Assembly (NCBI RefSeq): GCF_031769215.1
Contig: NW_026782179.1
Span: 2,294,001-2,358,000 of the forward strand
DNA length: 64,000 bases
Reading direction: 5' to 3'
Source of the DNA: Ylistrum balloti
Lineage: Eukaryota
A program made the position numbers and the translations under genes. Below the pieces are notes generated by a model. It made no database searches, was not told where the DNA came from, and worked only from the letters and a program-made list of their open reading frames with translations. The stretch's first letter is position 1; each line of letters begins with the position of its first letter. Below are positions 1-13,000 of this stretch, piece by piece.

Positions 1-218
1 GATTATTTCAAAATATCTGTAAACACGTTTTAGTTAGCATGTTCTCTATCACCTTACAGATTGAATGGATCATTAGCTTGTCCTGGGAACATCTACAATT
101 CCTACTGGTCAAGTAAATATCTGGGGGCCATGACCATGACACAGAAATACTGGGCAGTATCTCTGTTTCGTTTCATCTCAGTTGATCTACCTGTATAAAA
201 TATGTAACTGTTACTTAC

Positions 219-3200
219 ATATAATTTCATAACCCTTTGAAAAGTCTCCTTCAGTTTTTTCCTCTTGTCTTTCAATACTTTCTCATTCAACTTCGGTGCC
301 TCAATTGGGTTATACTCTGGAAATATTAATGGAAATGTTACTCATCGTACAATATAATTTATAAACATAGCTATATGTGAAGTCTTTTGCAGCTGAAAGA
401 GTCCATAAACCTCACAGAATTTTTGAATTTCACTCTGGATGTCACCAGTTTTTAGTTACTAAATATAATAGGAACACATAAAGCAGTTTAAGTGAGACAA
501 ATTACAGTGAAACCTCACCAAACAACCACCTTAAATTACGACAACCCTACTATCATGAGCAATTTTTTCAGTCCCTTTTTTTCCACTATATATCTTTTGT
601 ATTGGGTCACTTCAGTATTGCAACCACCCCACTATTCTGTATTATGACCACTTCCTACAGTCCCAAAGACCACTAATTAACAGTATTGCAACCACCCCAC
701 TATTCTGTATTATGACCACTTGCTACAGTCCCAAAGACCACTAATTAACAGTATTGGAACCACCCCACTATTCTGTATTATGACCACTTGCTACAGTCCC
801 AAAGACCACTAATTAACAGTATTGGAACCACCCCACTATTCTGTATTATGACCACTTGCTACAGTCCCAAAGACCACTAATTAACAGTATTGGAACCACC
901 CCACTATTCTGTATTATGACCACTTGCTACAGTCCCAAAGACCACTAATTAACAGTATTGGAACCACCCCACTATTCTGTATTATGACCACTTGCTACAG
1001 TCCCAAAGACCACTAATTAACAGTATTGGAACCACCCCACTATTCTGTATTATGACCACTTGCTACAGTCCCAAAGACCACTAATTAACAGTATTGGAAC
1101 CTCACAATTATGACTAAGATCTCACCAGCTATAAAAGTTTACCTGGTGGGAATTGAACAACGAGCATGCGTGTCAATCTTGACTTTAACCATTGTTTTTG
1201 TCACAGGTTACCGACCCTGCCACCAGGTGACATTACATGAAGTAAACTTCATTATCGGATTAACTTGGCCTACTATTGTCTTTTAATTTTACATTGATAA
1301 GTCGGTAGGTATGCTCTTAATCATCTTGGAAGCCCTGCAAACTTTTTGGCAGATATTCCTTTGGTCACATACGAACAAAATACTGTGAGTTTTCACTTGT
1401 GGTAATATTACACTCTCCATATCGTTTGAATAATCAAACAAACATGTATCTTTTTCTAATTTTTTACAAAATATTTTCATTGTCACTAAATTTGGATAAA
1501 CTTAATCATGCAATGATGACACCACATACATGAAACAAGCTATCGCTCTAGAAGAATAAAGAAAAACAAATTTCATATTTGAACATTTTATTCCTATTGA
1601 ACTTAAAATTGTTTGTTTGCTTTGTTTACAATCGTAATGTACATATATATTATGATCTAATGTAACAAAGGAATATACACATATATATTCTTTTGTCAAT
1701 TCACCAATTATATTTATATAATTTACTTGAATATCATAAATTTCAACATTTTAACATTTAACAAATTCATATTGTTGAATAATATACATGAACATTACTT
1801 AACAACATTTTAAAACAAATACGGTTCTTTGTGGTCAATCTGGTTCTACCTCACTGTTAAGACCACCTTGCTATGACGACCACTTTGGGGACTGTCGTCA
1901 ATAACGATCAATTCATTGATATAATCAAACTTACCCATTTTATCTATCATTTCCATTTCTTGGAGCAGTTTCAGTGGATCTTTGCCTTTCAAAACAGCCT
2001 GTCTCACCATCATACGCTGCTTCTTGTTCTAGAAAAAAAATTGCCAAGGAAATATTAAATAAAAGAAACTTAATGAAGTGATACAGTACAGTTCATCAAC
2101 TTGAAGTTCATCCAGTCGAGAGCCTGTTACAAACTTTGACATGCTTTCAACACATACAAATTATCCTAAGATTGCACCAATGTTTGAGATGTAACATGGC
2201 AATGATAATGGTGAAATAAGTGAGTTTTATTAATCAAACACACGCTGGAGGTAGAAACTAATCGTGAACCATACTCCAGATACGCTAACTCAAAAGGCAG
2301 CTGTTACTGTAAGCAGCATGCTACAGTATTAATGCTTACCTTTTTCAGCTCTTTTTTCCTTGCCTCCTTTCCTGGAAAAAGCAAAAAAAAAAAAAAAAAA
2401 GAAATGAATCAAATATTCCATTATTGCACAACAACTGACATTCTACATGTGACATGTCCAAGTACCAGTCAGTGATACAAGTAGTACTTGCAGTTATAGT
2501 TCGCATGCTTGAAATCTATAGAAAAGGAAAATTAACCTTAATTTTAGGGAATGGATAATGACCTAGCATCCAGATACTTAACTTATGATATTCTATTTAC
2601 TCTGAAACCCCTTCTGAGTACTCCCGTTTTCTTCCCACAGTAATACATGATGGTTTATTATTATCAGGTGTGGGACAAATCAGTCTGATTCAGGAAATGT
2701 CCATTTACCTTGGATAACCAAAAAAGCTGCTTGTTTATTTCTAATGGGAATCCAAGGATGACACAAACACATATAAATTTAACTTATGAAATAAAAAAGG
2801 AAATATTCGCTTGAGGTTAAGACAGGGAACACTGGTGAGAGCCCAAGCATGTATTGTATCAACATCTGTTAAATATTTCACTTATTTTGTTAAGAGTTTA
2901 TATTTCGTTGGTAAATTTGTGTATATTTTCTTAATACACATCTTTAAATGTCAAATGTCCTGTTCTGTTGTCATCTTTCAAGCGAATAAAAATCAACATG
3001 AGTCATAGGCCACATCTCCTTGCAATCTTTTAGCTATGCATGTCGAAATATGGACTTCTTATATAGAAATCATGATTTTAAAATGACCACTTTTTATGAA
3101 TCATCTCTGATTTGGTTTAACTAGGGAGTTGTTGACAGACACATGGAAAAATTAAACAGTTTATGTTATAAAAGGAAGTTTACCAATAAATATGCCTTAT

Positions 3201-3584
3201 TTGAGAAAATAGGACCAAACAATAAAAAACTTGAATCTAACCTTTTAGAAAAGGTGCACACATAAACAAAGCTATCCATCATTTTCATATATATGTATTT
3301 GTTTGGATAAAATTCAATGACATTGCGTAAATAGGGAGGCATAATTATTTAGGGGTAAAAAATAATGCCTTTTTAAAATTTTGATTCGGTTTACAAACAA
3401 GTAAACGTGATTTGCTTTCGTCCCAAATATCGCAATGGTATGCCTTTATTCGTATTAGGTGTCACTTCATATTTTGATGACTGGACATGGGAAAAAGTAA
3501 GAAGGCAGTGAATGACTTACGAGCTTGGTCAGTGGGATTCATGTATTTCCCACTTTTAGTGGTGTTGATCGATCGTCGACCCAT
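219..3584 (-). CDS. WBP11: WW domain-binding protein 11 (splicing factor), 5' partial; continues beyond the left edge
   Basis: Coding exons 3584-3521, 2371-2340, 2028-1935, 316-219, all GT-AG and phase-consistent. They translate to MGRRSINTTKSGKYMNPTDQARKEARKKELKKNKKQRMMVRQAVLKGKDPLKLLQEMEMIDKMEYNPIEAPKLNEKVLKDKRKKLKETFQRVMKLY, matching the conserved WBP11 N-terminus from recall. The first coding exon has an acceptor at 3612-3611, so an upstream non-coding exon exists. Confidence 0.95.
613..1100. repeat. 68-bp minisatellite, 7 copies plus a partial, in a WBP11 intron
   Basis: Unit CAGTATTGGAACCACCCCACTATTCTGTATTATGACCACTTGCTACAGTCCCAAAGACCACTAATTAA starts at 613, 681 ... 1089. Confidence 0.95.
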
Positions 3585-4045
3585 GGTGACTTGTTTTCTT
3601 GTTTCAGTCTCTAGATAAAAATAATCAGTTGCAAACACTTATTTTCGTTAATTAATTCAATTAAAAATGCGCCTTCAATTAGACATTCATCGGTTACTTT
3701 CTATGTTATCATCAGGCTAGGTCTCCTCGAATGCCCTAAAAGCTACAGGTTGCAAGCAAGCATCGGCCATGTTTTGTCTATTGGTCACGTGTCATCGCAA
3801 ATCGGCACACTTTACAGCAACACTTATTTAATATAGATAATTTAAAAATTCATTACATGTAAATAATTCTATTCTAAACGGATTTATGTGTAGTGTGATG
3901 ATGTACATATTCTATTAAGCTTTAAAACTTTTTTGATATTTCACGACAATAATGTCTCACTTCCTGCAGAAAGTCGGAAGTCGTTTGACAGTACTTACAA
4001 GAGTGAACGAATTAAACTGAAGTAAACGCCTCTAGAGGTGTCATT
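3585..4045. promoter_or_regulatory. Probable bidirectional promoter shared by WBP11 and EXOC7
   Basis: Divergent ATGs at 3584 (-) and 4046 (+). Locally CpG-enriched. ATTGG (reverse CCAAT) 3780-3784, E-box CACGTG 3786-3791, ETS-like ACTTCCTG near 3960 and CGGAAGT near 3975, YY1-like ATGGCGG at the EXOC7 start. Confidence 0.7.
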
Positions 4046-7000
4046 ATGGCGGAAACGACTTTACTAAAGTCAGAAATTGACAACAAACTAGAAAAGGTAT
4101 AATGATTTGTGTTCATGTTAGCATAAACACAGAAAGATGTGGTTTATGTACTCGGGTGTCGTACCCTTATAAAATAATTCCACAACAATTTATGTACGAT
4201 GTTTAATATAATTAGACATGTTTCAATAAAAGGCTATGTAGCTGAGTGTTAATCTAGATAATCTAATATCGTGATTTGTGGTATTGCTAAGAATATCAAA
4301 TAATTCAAATTATATGTCAATAAAACTTTAATCTGTCCGCATTTACGTTTCAATTTTGTTTCAATGTAGGCGGATAAATTATGGGGTGGAATAAGCGGAT
4401 ATATTGAATCTGTGTGATAACACACAACAAAGCAATAAACAACAACGTTTATTTACAGGAGAGACACAATCTTCAGACGCTTAATGAAGCTATGAACAAA
4501 AGCAACAATAACACACAGAACATGTTGACAATCTTGGAGAGTTTCCAGAACAGATTGAAAAAGTTGGAAAGCACTGTTGAACCAGTCTACAATGAAACAG
4601 AAATGTTAAGGAGGAGACAAGAAAGTATCCTTTGTCAGGTTGTCTGTATTAACCCAAACTGTGTACTGCACCAAAGTAATTTGTTAGAATACCTGAGTGT
4701 GACAAAATTTACAACTACCGGGGGTATTTCATATTCAGTGTGATTAATCATGTATTTTAGATATGATTACCAGGTATACCAGATTGTAAAAGCAGAGAGA
4801 TTTCTGTCTAGTAATTAAACAAAGATTATGTGTGTGTGTGTTTTATTATTTATTAACAGAAAAAAACATAAAAGTAAAAAAAAAAAGGAAATAGAAAAAA
4901 TGGCAGGGAAAACCAAATGATCCCAGCTTGAATAACAAGAGGTTATTTTAAGAAACAGCATTTATCTCATAACTTTGGATTTCCCAAGTCAATTTTGTAC
5001 ATGTTTTAAACAATTAAAGTTTGCATTCCTTGCAGATGATACTTAAGAAAAAAAAAGGAAAAATGGTTATCATATGTTGACAGGATATTGTATCATGAAA
5101 AGGAAGTTTGTTCTGGACGAGATAGTAAAAGTAATGAATTGCAGATTGATTTTGCTAGAAACTGACTTAATTCTGAATTATTTTAAAACCTTGTAAGTTG
5201 TTCTATTCTAGAAAATACTATAAGCATTGTTTCTGTCCTTTAAGATGTTTTCATGGTTACTGGCATTCTGTCCATAGATTTAAAAACAAAAATATTGTTA
5301 TTTGGTGATAAAATGACAAAATTAAATGTATCATATTTGATATTCAGACCTGATAAAAATTGTAGATAAAACATTGTACAAAATTAGTGAAACTCATTTG
5401 CTCAAAAACATTTAATATAGCTTCACAAGCATGCATGTATGTAAGCTTTTCTTGATTATCGATTAAAAAAAGTAAATCTTGTTCCAATCTTTCATTAACT
5501 AACAAGATATTGAAAGAACGACAATGACATTGGAGAATGTTCTTGGTTACTACCACGTGAGCAGAGAAGTTGAGGTTCAGATCAAAGAAGGGTAAGGTTA
5601 TATGACACTTTTGTCCTTTCTGTAATTTTATATACATCCCATTATTATTGCAAGAAAGAAACATGTGATGGCTGTCAAGTGTTCTTCTCGAAAGATAGTT
5701 AATCATCATATTGCATTTTAGAAACTCGAGAAAGAATTGTCAAGCCTTGTTTTACTATAGTATATCAATCAGTCTAAAATTAATGAACCCGAATGATTTT
5801 GAAACAAAATCCAGTGTTTGTTAATCTTGAGTTAAGACAAATAAAATATGACTTTGACTTTAGATTTTGATTACAAATTAACAAGAACTTTTGTTTCCTT
5901 TGTAGTCCACACTCCTGTGGTCTCCAAAGTTATCTGTTACAGATGGACAGACTACTTCAGGCACATAACTACTTTCAAAAACACAATCCCACCAGTCTAG
6001 AGCTTGTTGATGTTGTAAGTTTTCAAATTTCATTGCTGTTTAAATATGATATGTTAATATATACTTCTTACTGTAAGGCAGATATTATTGATATAAATTT
6101 ATGTAGAAGCAAAATAAAGATGCAAATAAGAGGTGTATCTGTTTATTTCACCCTTTTGAAGCTAACATCTACATTGATAATCACATTCATCAAATGGTGT
6201 TACAACAACTTTCAGTAGGAAATAAAAGTTAGCCTTCAAAACTGATTATTTTTATGAGAGGACAATTTGCTAAATTAATTAAAAAATCCTTGAACAATCT
6301 TCAATATCAAATGACTAAATATTTGTATGTGATTCTTGTGGAAAATCTTATCTCAGTATTGACTGATTAATCATACAATATACAATCAGTTATATTATGA
6401 TTCATCGTCTGATTTGATACACATCCTGACAATGATTTAGTTTATCAGTGAAACATGCCTATAGGTGCCATGATTAGTGTCAACAGAAAGGTAAAAAAAC
6501 AACAACTGGAAAGTTAAATATCTTATAAAAGATATGAAAGTAACATTAAAGTAAGTGGTTTGTGTTGTTTGCTTTATTTTAGATCCGAGTGTTTGATGAA
6601 GGAAAGGATGCTTTGCAGGTAGAGTTTCGTACCTTACTAGGACGCCATGGCAGACCTGTCCCAGCTATCACTATTCTTAATCACATCAGTTCATATGAAG
6701 GTAGGTTTTGGGAAAATGTGACCTATTCTTATTTAACAATAAACTTACATCATATTTAGCATATCTTTTGTTCTTGTCCTTGGGCTGGTGTTGGTATGAT
6801 CCATCTCTTCATCAAAATTACCGTAAAATCAACTTTCTTTCATTGTTACATTGCTGCTTATAGTATACTATTCGAAACATCATATTTTGTGTGGCCAGAA
6901 TGAGGGGTAGTTAATTGAAGATCTTGTTGTGAGAAGTTTTCGCAAATAAAGTCTTGATTGAATGAAAATTGTTAACAGTAGTTATTAGGGTTTTTTCTGC

Positions 7001-10000
7001 TAAATAAGTATCAGGTCTAAAAAATGTCTAAACAGATAAAAGTAGGTTACAGTCATGTAATTTTACAACTGGTTAACAGAGATGTTGAAGTTGAAATAAA
7101 AATAGTAACAATGTCCAGTTTAAATCTCTTTTATGCTTGTATAGATTTTTTTTTCACCTCTGAATGTTTTACTATTTTTAAATTACCCAACACAATTTCA
7201 GACTTACAACCAGGCGAGACAGAAACACCATCAGAGATAGAACACTTGCCAGAAAAGATCATCACTGAACTTGGTCAGATAGCCAGGTGGCTGGTCACCA
7301 ATGGTCCCACCACTGACTTCCTTAAGGATTACACAACCATGCGATCATCCATGATGATCAAATCCCTTCAATGGTAATTGTAGACTCTACCCTCTCTGAT
7401 TCCTTGTATAAATAATAGTGTTAAAGGCTGGGTATAGATATATATTTCCTTGACTTCATTCACTACCAAGTATTCCTGTTGTAGATAAAATTAAAGGCAT
7501 TGTTTATGATACTTATTATGAATGTAATGACAAGTGTTTCATTACCTGAGTAGCTGTAAGAGGTCCCATTATCCCATTTATAAATATTTTTATGACAGAC
7601 AGTGATACTGTCACAGGCCCCATTGATCCCTTGGTGTCTACCTCCATGAGACATAAGGTTACTGTCACAGGCCCCATTGATCCCTTGGTGTCTACCTCCA
7701 TGAGACATAAGGTTACTGTCACAGGCCCCATTGATCCCTTGGTGTCTACCTCCATGAGACATAAGGTTACTGTCACAGGCCCCATTGATCCCTTGGTGTC
7801 TACCTCCATGAGACATAAGGTTACTGTCACAGGTTCAGTTGCTTCCTTGATATCTGTCTCTGTGACAGACAGGGTTACTGTCTCAGGTCCGACTGGCTCC
7901 CTGGTGTCTCTCTCCATAACAGACAGGGTTACTGTCTCAGGTCCGACTGGCTCCCTGGTGTCTCTCTCCATAACAGACTGGGTTACTGTATCAGGTCCCA
8001 TTAACCTCATGTCATCTTTCTCCTTGACAGATAGGGTTACATCCTCAGGTCCCATTGACCCCATGGTATCTATCTCCATCACAGACATGGTTACTGCCTC
8101 AGGTCCTATTTACCCCATGGTATCTATCTCAATGGCAGACAGGGTTACTATATCAGGTCCTATTTACCCCTTGTTATCTTTCTCCATGAAAGATAGGGTT
8201 ACATCCTCAGGTCCCATTGACCCCATTTTATCTATCTCCATCACAGACAGGGTTACTGCCTCAAGTCCTGTTTGCCCCTTGTTATCTATCTCAGTGGCAG
8301 ACAGGGTTACTGTCTCATGTCCCATTAGCTCCTTAATATCTATTTCTATGACAAAGAAGGTTACCTTTCCAAATATATAAATATATCTTTGTGTGTGTAT
8401 GAACGATTGAATTACTATCATGGGTCTTATAAACTCCTTTATCGGACAAATAAGATTACAGATTCTGCTACTACTGTTAAACCAGTGTCTGTATGTTGGT
8501 ATGTTACAGTTTGAAGGAGCATATGAAATCCTCTAGTGGTAGCAGTGTTAATGCCCTATTTCCTGGACAGCACTCGCCTGCAGCTGTAAGTTAATTACAA
8601 CAGTAATATACATATCAATTCACTGTAGCTATATACATGTGCAATGATGAAAGAGTTTCAATTTCTAGTAGACTGGAAAATATCTGAAAATGACTAAGTT
8701 AGAATTTTTTGCATCAGATGGATGTGAAATGCTACTTTCTGAATTAAATTATGCAGTCTTATAAAATAGATCCTTTAATATGATTTAATTGAACTGCCAT
8801 GATATCAAGACCTATATATGTAAAGTAGTGTATACCTGTATTTAGGTGTGGATGTCTTGGAGAAGCATGTTTAGATATGTCATGTAAGCATTTGTGTTGT
8901 TATGAAAACAAGTTTTCAAACGTGTATTGATTGATTTTTTCCAGACCAGCAAATTTAGACCAAACAAAGACACGCCAGTAAGGAAAAGTATGAGGAAAAT
9001 TGCGTAAGTGAAAGTTTGAATGGATAGTCCGTGATAGATTTCAGTTATAAATGACACTCAGACTACAAAATAGATCAGATATAAAGATTGAAACACTAAG
9101 TAATATTTACACATTGTTCTTTTAGAGAAACTCATTCATATGGTTATCATCATTTAATGATTTAAAAGGCTTGTGTAAAAAAATATTTAGAGAAGTTTAA
9201 GAATTCTGCAGAATTGAAGTAGGAGCATTTTTCAGCTAAGAAAAAAATCTTAATGTTATTATCATTAAAGTATATTAATAGACTTGTGTAAAAAAGTATT
9301 TAGAGAAGTTTAAGAATTGCAGAACTGGAGTTTTTGTTTTGGAATAACAGGTTTGAAAACTGTTATTTTGTAGACATTCCTTTAGGAAGAAGGCAGCAAC
9401 AGCTTTGATACAGTCACCTTTTGATCCAGGTAAAAAATAGAAGGAACATTGGTATTAAAATCAAACAGTCCACATGGAAGTTTGACCTATATACATTAAG
9501 AAAAAAGAATAAGGACAAGAAGGAATTGCATAGTTAGGCCATGTAGCTTTGTTAGACTGAGAGAACAATTTTATAAGGGGAGGATGTCATTCTCTGTATC
9601 TCCTGTAATAATACATATATATGCAATTAATACGAGGCATAAATAGATAAATTAATTTCTGTTACATTGATTAACCAAAGGGTATGACCCAACCCCAAGA
9701 ACATATCTTCAGATATCAAATATCTTCTGCATAACCATATACCTGTATAAACAATTGCTTCACATCAAGTGACATTCGTTGATGCTGATGGTTTACGTAA
9801 ATGTTCAGCCATGCAACCCAGAGTTAGTCCTTGGGGGAATATTGAAATTGATGAAGTCCTTATCCTTATGCTGGAAATAAATTAAATGAACACTTTCATG
9901 ATATCAGGATTTGTTTCACCTTCTTTATTTGTACTTCCCCTGGGAACTTAATGTAGTCCTTAAGTTGAATTTCCATAAGTATGCACATGTACACACATAG

Positions 10001-13000
10001 GAATCCAGGATACTGGTATCTGAAATCTACACAGTCCTTGACACCTTGGCACAGAGAAACATAATTCACAGTTGGTATTTCCAATATTACACTGAATGAA
10101 GTGATACTATTTCTAGAAAAAGTATTTTCAATTATTTTTACATAAAACAGGTCACCGACGCCAGGGTTCTTATACAGATGTTATCAAAGAGGAGAGTCTG
10201 GATGTGGAGATAGATATTTACATCACTGAGCTCACCGCACTTCTCAAACTCATGCAGGTTAAACTTGTTTCATATTAAACATTATTAGACCATCTACATG
10301 TATTATAGAAAGATCATACTGAAATATTAGCTATATAATCGGTGTCTGTTCAATTTCTTACTGACTTTAAATACTTCACAAATGTAGTTGTACCATAGAT
10401 AAACAAACCATGCTACTGCAGACAAACCCGATAAAGATCCCACTATTTACCCTGATAGCTATTGATATCTATCATTGATAGATAACCAAACATTCAATTT
10501 TTTATTGTGTTTAAGTGACAATCAATATCAGAATTCCTTGGAAATGGGATTCATTTTGGAGAACCTATGAGAACTATCTCATGTAAATTGTTTATCTGTA
10601 CCTCTTTTTTAGAGTGAGAACCAACTGATGTCTGGCATTGTCCCAGAGAAGCACCACCGCACTGTGTTTGATGGTGTTGTACAACAGGCTATTGATGCAG
10701 TGGTCAGTGAGGGAGAGGTCAGTAGATAGTACTTGCTGGTACATTGAGATCACATTTACTCAATCTGATTGTTATGATCTAAGGTCACTTTGCGTTGAAA
10801 TGGTAAGCTGAACCTGCAAGAGAAATGCCAGTCAGATCGGGACTGAAGAGAAATGCCAGTCAGATTGGGACTGAAGAGAAATGCCAGTCAGATCGGGACT
10901 GAAGAGAAATGCCAGTCAGATCGGGACTGAATTGTTATTCTATTAAGTATGATTTAAAATTTTAAAATGGATGCTATTGTATGTTTGGTATATTGTTTGT
11001 ACTTTACATGAATTTCCCAAACTGTACATTTTGACCTTTACATGTATCAGTTTCAAAATCTGGAACAGGTGCGTTTGTTTATTGTAATTCTGGACTGCCT
11101 GAATCAATTAGCTTCTTAATATTCACAATAAAAGAGCACTCCTGTACTGGATGCAGGCAATGTAATGGGCAGTTGGAACTTAGTTTCTGTTGAATTGATC
11201 AAAAAGTATCTATATTTCTTTTTCTCTGTGTATTTGTACTTAATTTTATTAGAAAAAAATTCTTTAATATGTTTTTGTGCATTCATTGTTTTTGTTCTGT
11301 GAAGAAAATATAAAAACTAGCAATAGTCAGCCATAATTTTCCTGGACTTGACCCCAAGATGTGTGGGTAAAATTTTCAGGCTTGATCCAGGCTGGCCTTA
11401 ATCTTGAATGTATCTATAGTTTTCCTATGGTTGTATCATCTTAATAGTTCCAATACAGATCCATAAAACTACCATTAGATAGTGTATAGAAAATGTTTAA
11501 AGTTATATCTTGTGTTGTAGTTGTTGGCCAGTAATGCCAAGAAGAATATTGTTAAACACGAATTTATGGCAGTGCTGTCCATCTACCCTGTTGTGAAACA
11601 CCTACGAACCATCAGGCCAGAATTTGACTACACTCTAGAGGTAAAAAACAAAATTAGTAATGAAGATGTAAAGGATTAACACTACATTTAAACTAGATGA
11701 ATTAATTTCATTCAGTAATGATAGATTAATGAATTGCCAAATTGTCTAGTGGCATGATGCTTTTTTTTCCATTAAAAAGCCTACCTTTACTATTTCAAAA
11801 TTAATGCAATACACAGAGACAAACATTTTGTATCTGGATGTATTTGTAGTGATTTCAACAGTTAATGTTGCATTGTGTTCTCTTTGTAGGGCTGTACGAC
11901 CCCTACTCGAGCCAAACTAGTCTCTTTGTTGTCAACACTAGGAAGTACAGTAAGTAACACTTATTTTTCTAACCAAAGTGTTGATAAAACTGCCTCCTTA
12001 GTCATTTTGTCCCTGTCCTTGTACCACCACAGTACTCTATCCATTGTTTATCTCAGACTTGCTGTCATTGGCAGTAGTTCTTTGCTAAACTGCAACAATA
12101 AATTTTAATGGTAATCTTGCTTAGCATTTTTGGTGCTGAACTATCAGATTTGGTAAAATTTTTGTGTCTAGAACACAACTTTAAGTTACTTATTTACTCA
12201 TTTAAACTATGATAATGAATCCTGGTGGATGCATTGATCATGCTTGTGCAGTGTACAAGTTCAGAGCCCTTGACCCCTTAATTACAGAGTTATTGTTCTT
12301 TATTAGATATATTGTCCAGAGCATTACTTTGCCTACGGTTGAGCAAGTATCAAAAAAGTTAATGTATACATTGAACATGCCAAGACAATAAGCTGTGTAC
12401 CAAATTCAGGGCAGTTTACCTCTCAATTACACAGTTATTGCCCTTTGTTAAAATTTTGTGTCTGGAGCATTACTTTGCATGGATGTTGAAATGGGATGTA
12501 AACATCAGACATGCAAAAGCAAGTTGCAGTAGAACACCTACTAGCCTAGGCCCATGACTCCTTAGTGCAGAGACATTGCCCTTAGTTTAAATTTTGTGTC
12601 ATCAGCAAAGCTTTGCTTGCATTAAAATTAGGACTATGAAACTTGGTGTATACATTTGTCATGTTAAGAGAATGTGCTGTTTACCAAATTCAGAATTATG
12701 ACCCTTTATTAAAATGTTGTGTTCAATAAAGTTGCTTTTGGGGCCATATTCATCAGTTTCATCAATACTCTTGTTGAAACCAGTAATTTACTCCATCCAT
12801 GTCATTACAGGTGAAAATTATTAAATCAAATGCATGATTTGTAGTTGGATGTAAAATTATTTACCAAATTGGTGTACATGTACTTCAGATTGAAAGAAGT
12901 AAGGATATTTAGTTACATCTTGATTTTAGCTGGCTGTGTGATCAGTGTTTATGTATTCAGACTAACTGTAGATTTTTATTTCCATTTTCAGGGAGCCAAA

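Noticed and set aside
102-191. Extension of ORF 102..290 beyond the WBP11 exon (GRSTEMKRNRD...)
   Set aside because: This is intron read-through past the donor at 218-217; it does not match the expected next WBP11 sequence, and a 27-nt intron is implausible.
1289-1699. Two tandem 65-aa minus-strand ORFs
   Set aside because: AT-rich intron sequence with no recognisable motif or phase-compatible splice sites.
7463-8421. Long T/V/S/P-rich ORFs (262, 190, 117 aa) resembling a beta-solenoid or mucin
   Set aside because: They follow from a 54-bp (3n) minisatellite open on both strands, and EXOC7 splices cleanly around it.
8644-8742. Possible C/D snoRNA (ATGATGA ... CTGA) in an EXOC7 intron
   Set aside because: No terminal stem and no recognisable rRNA guide; these short motifs occur by chance in AT-rich DNA.
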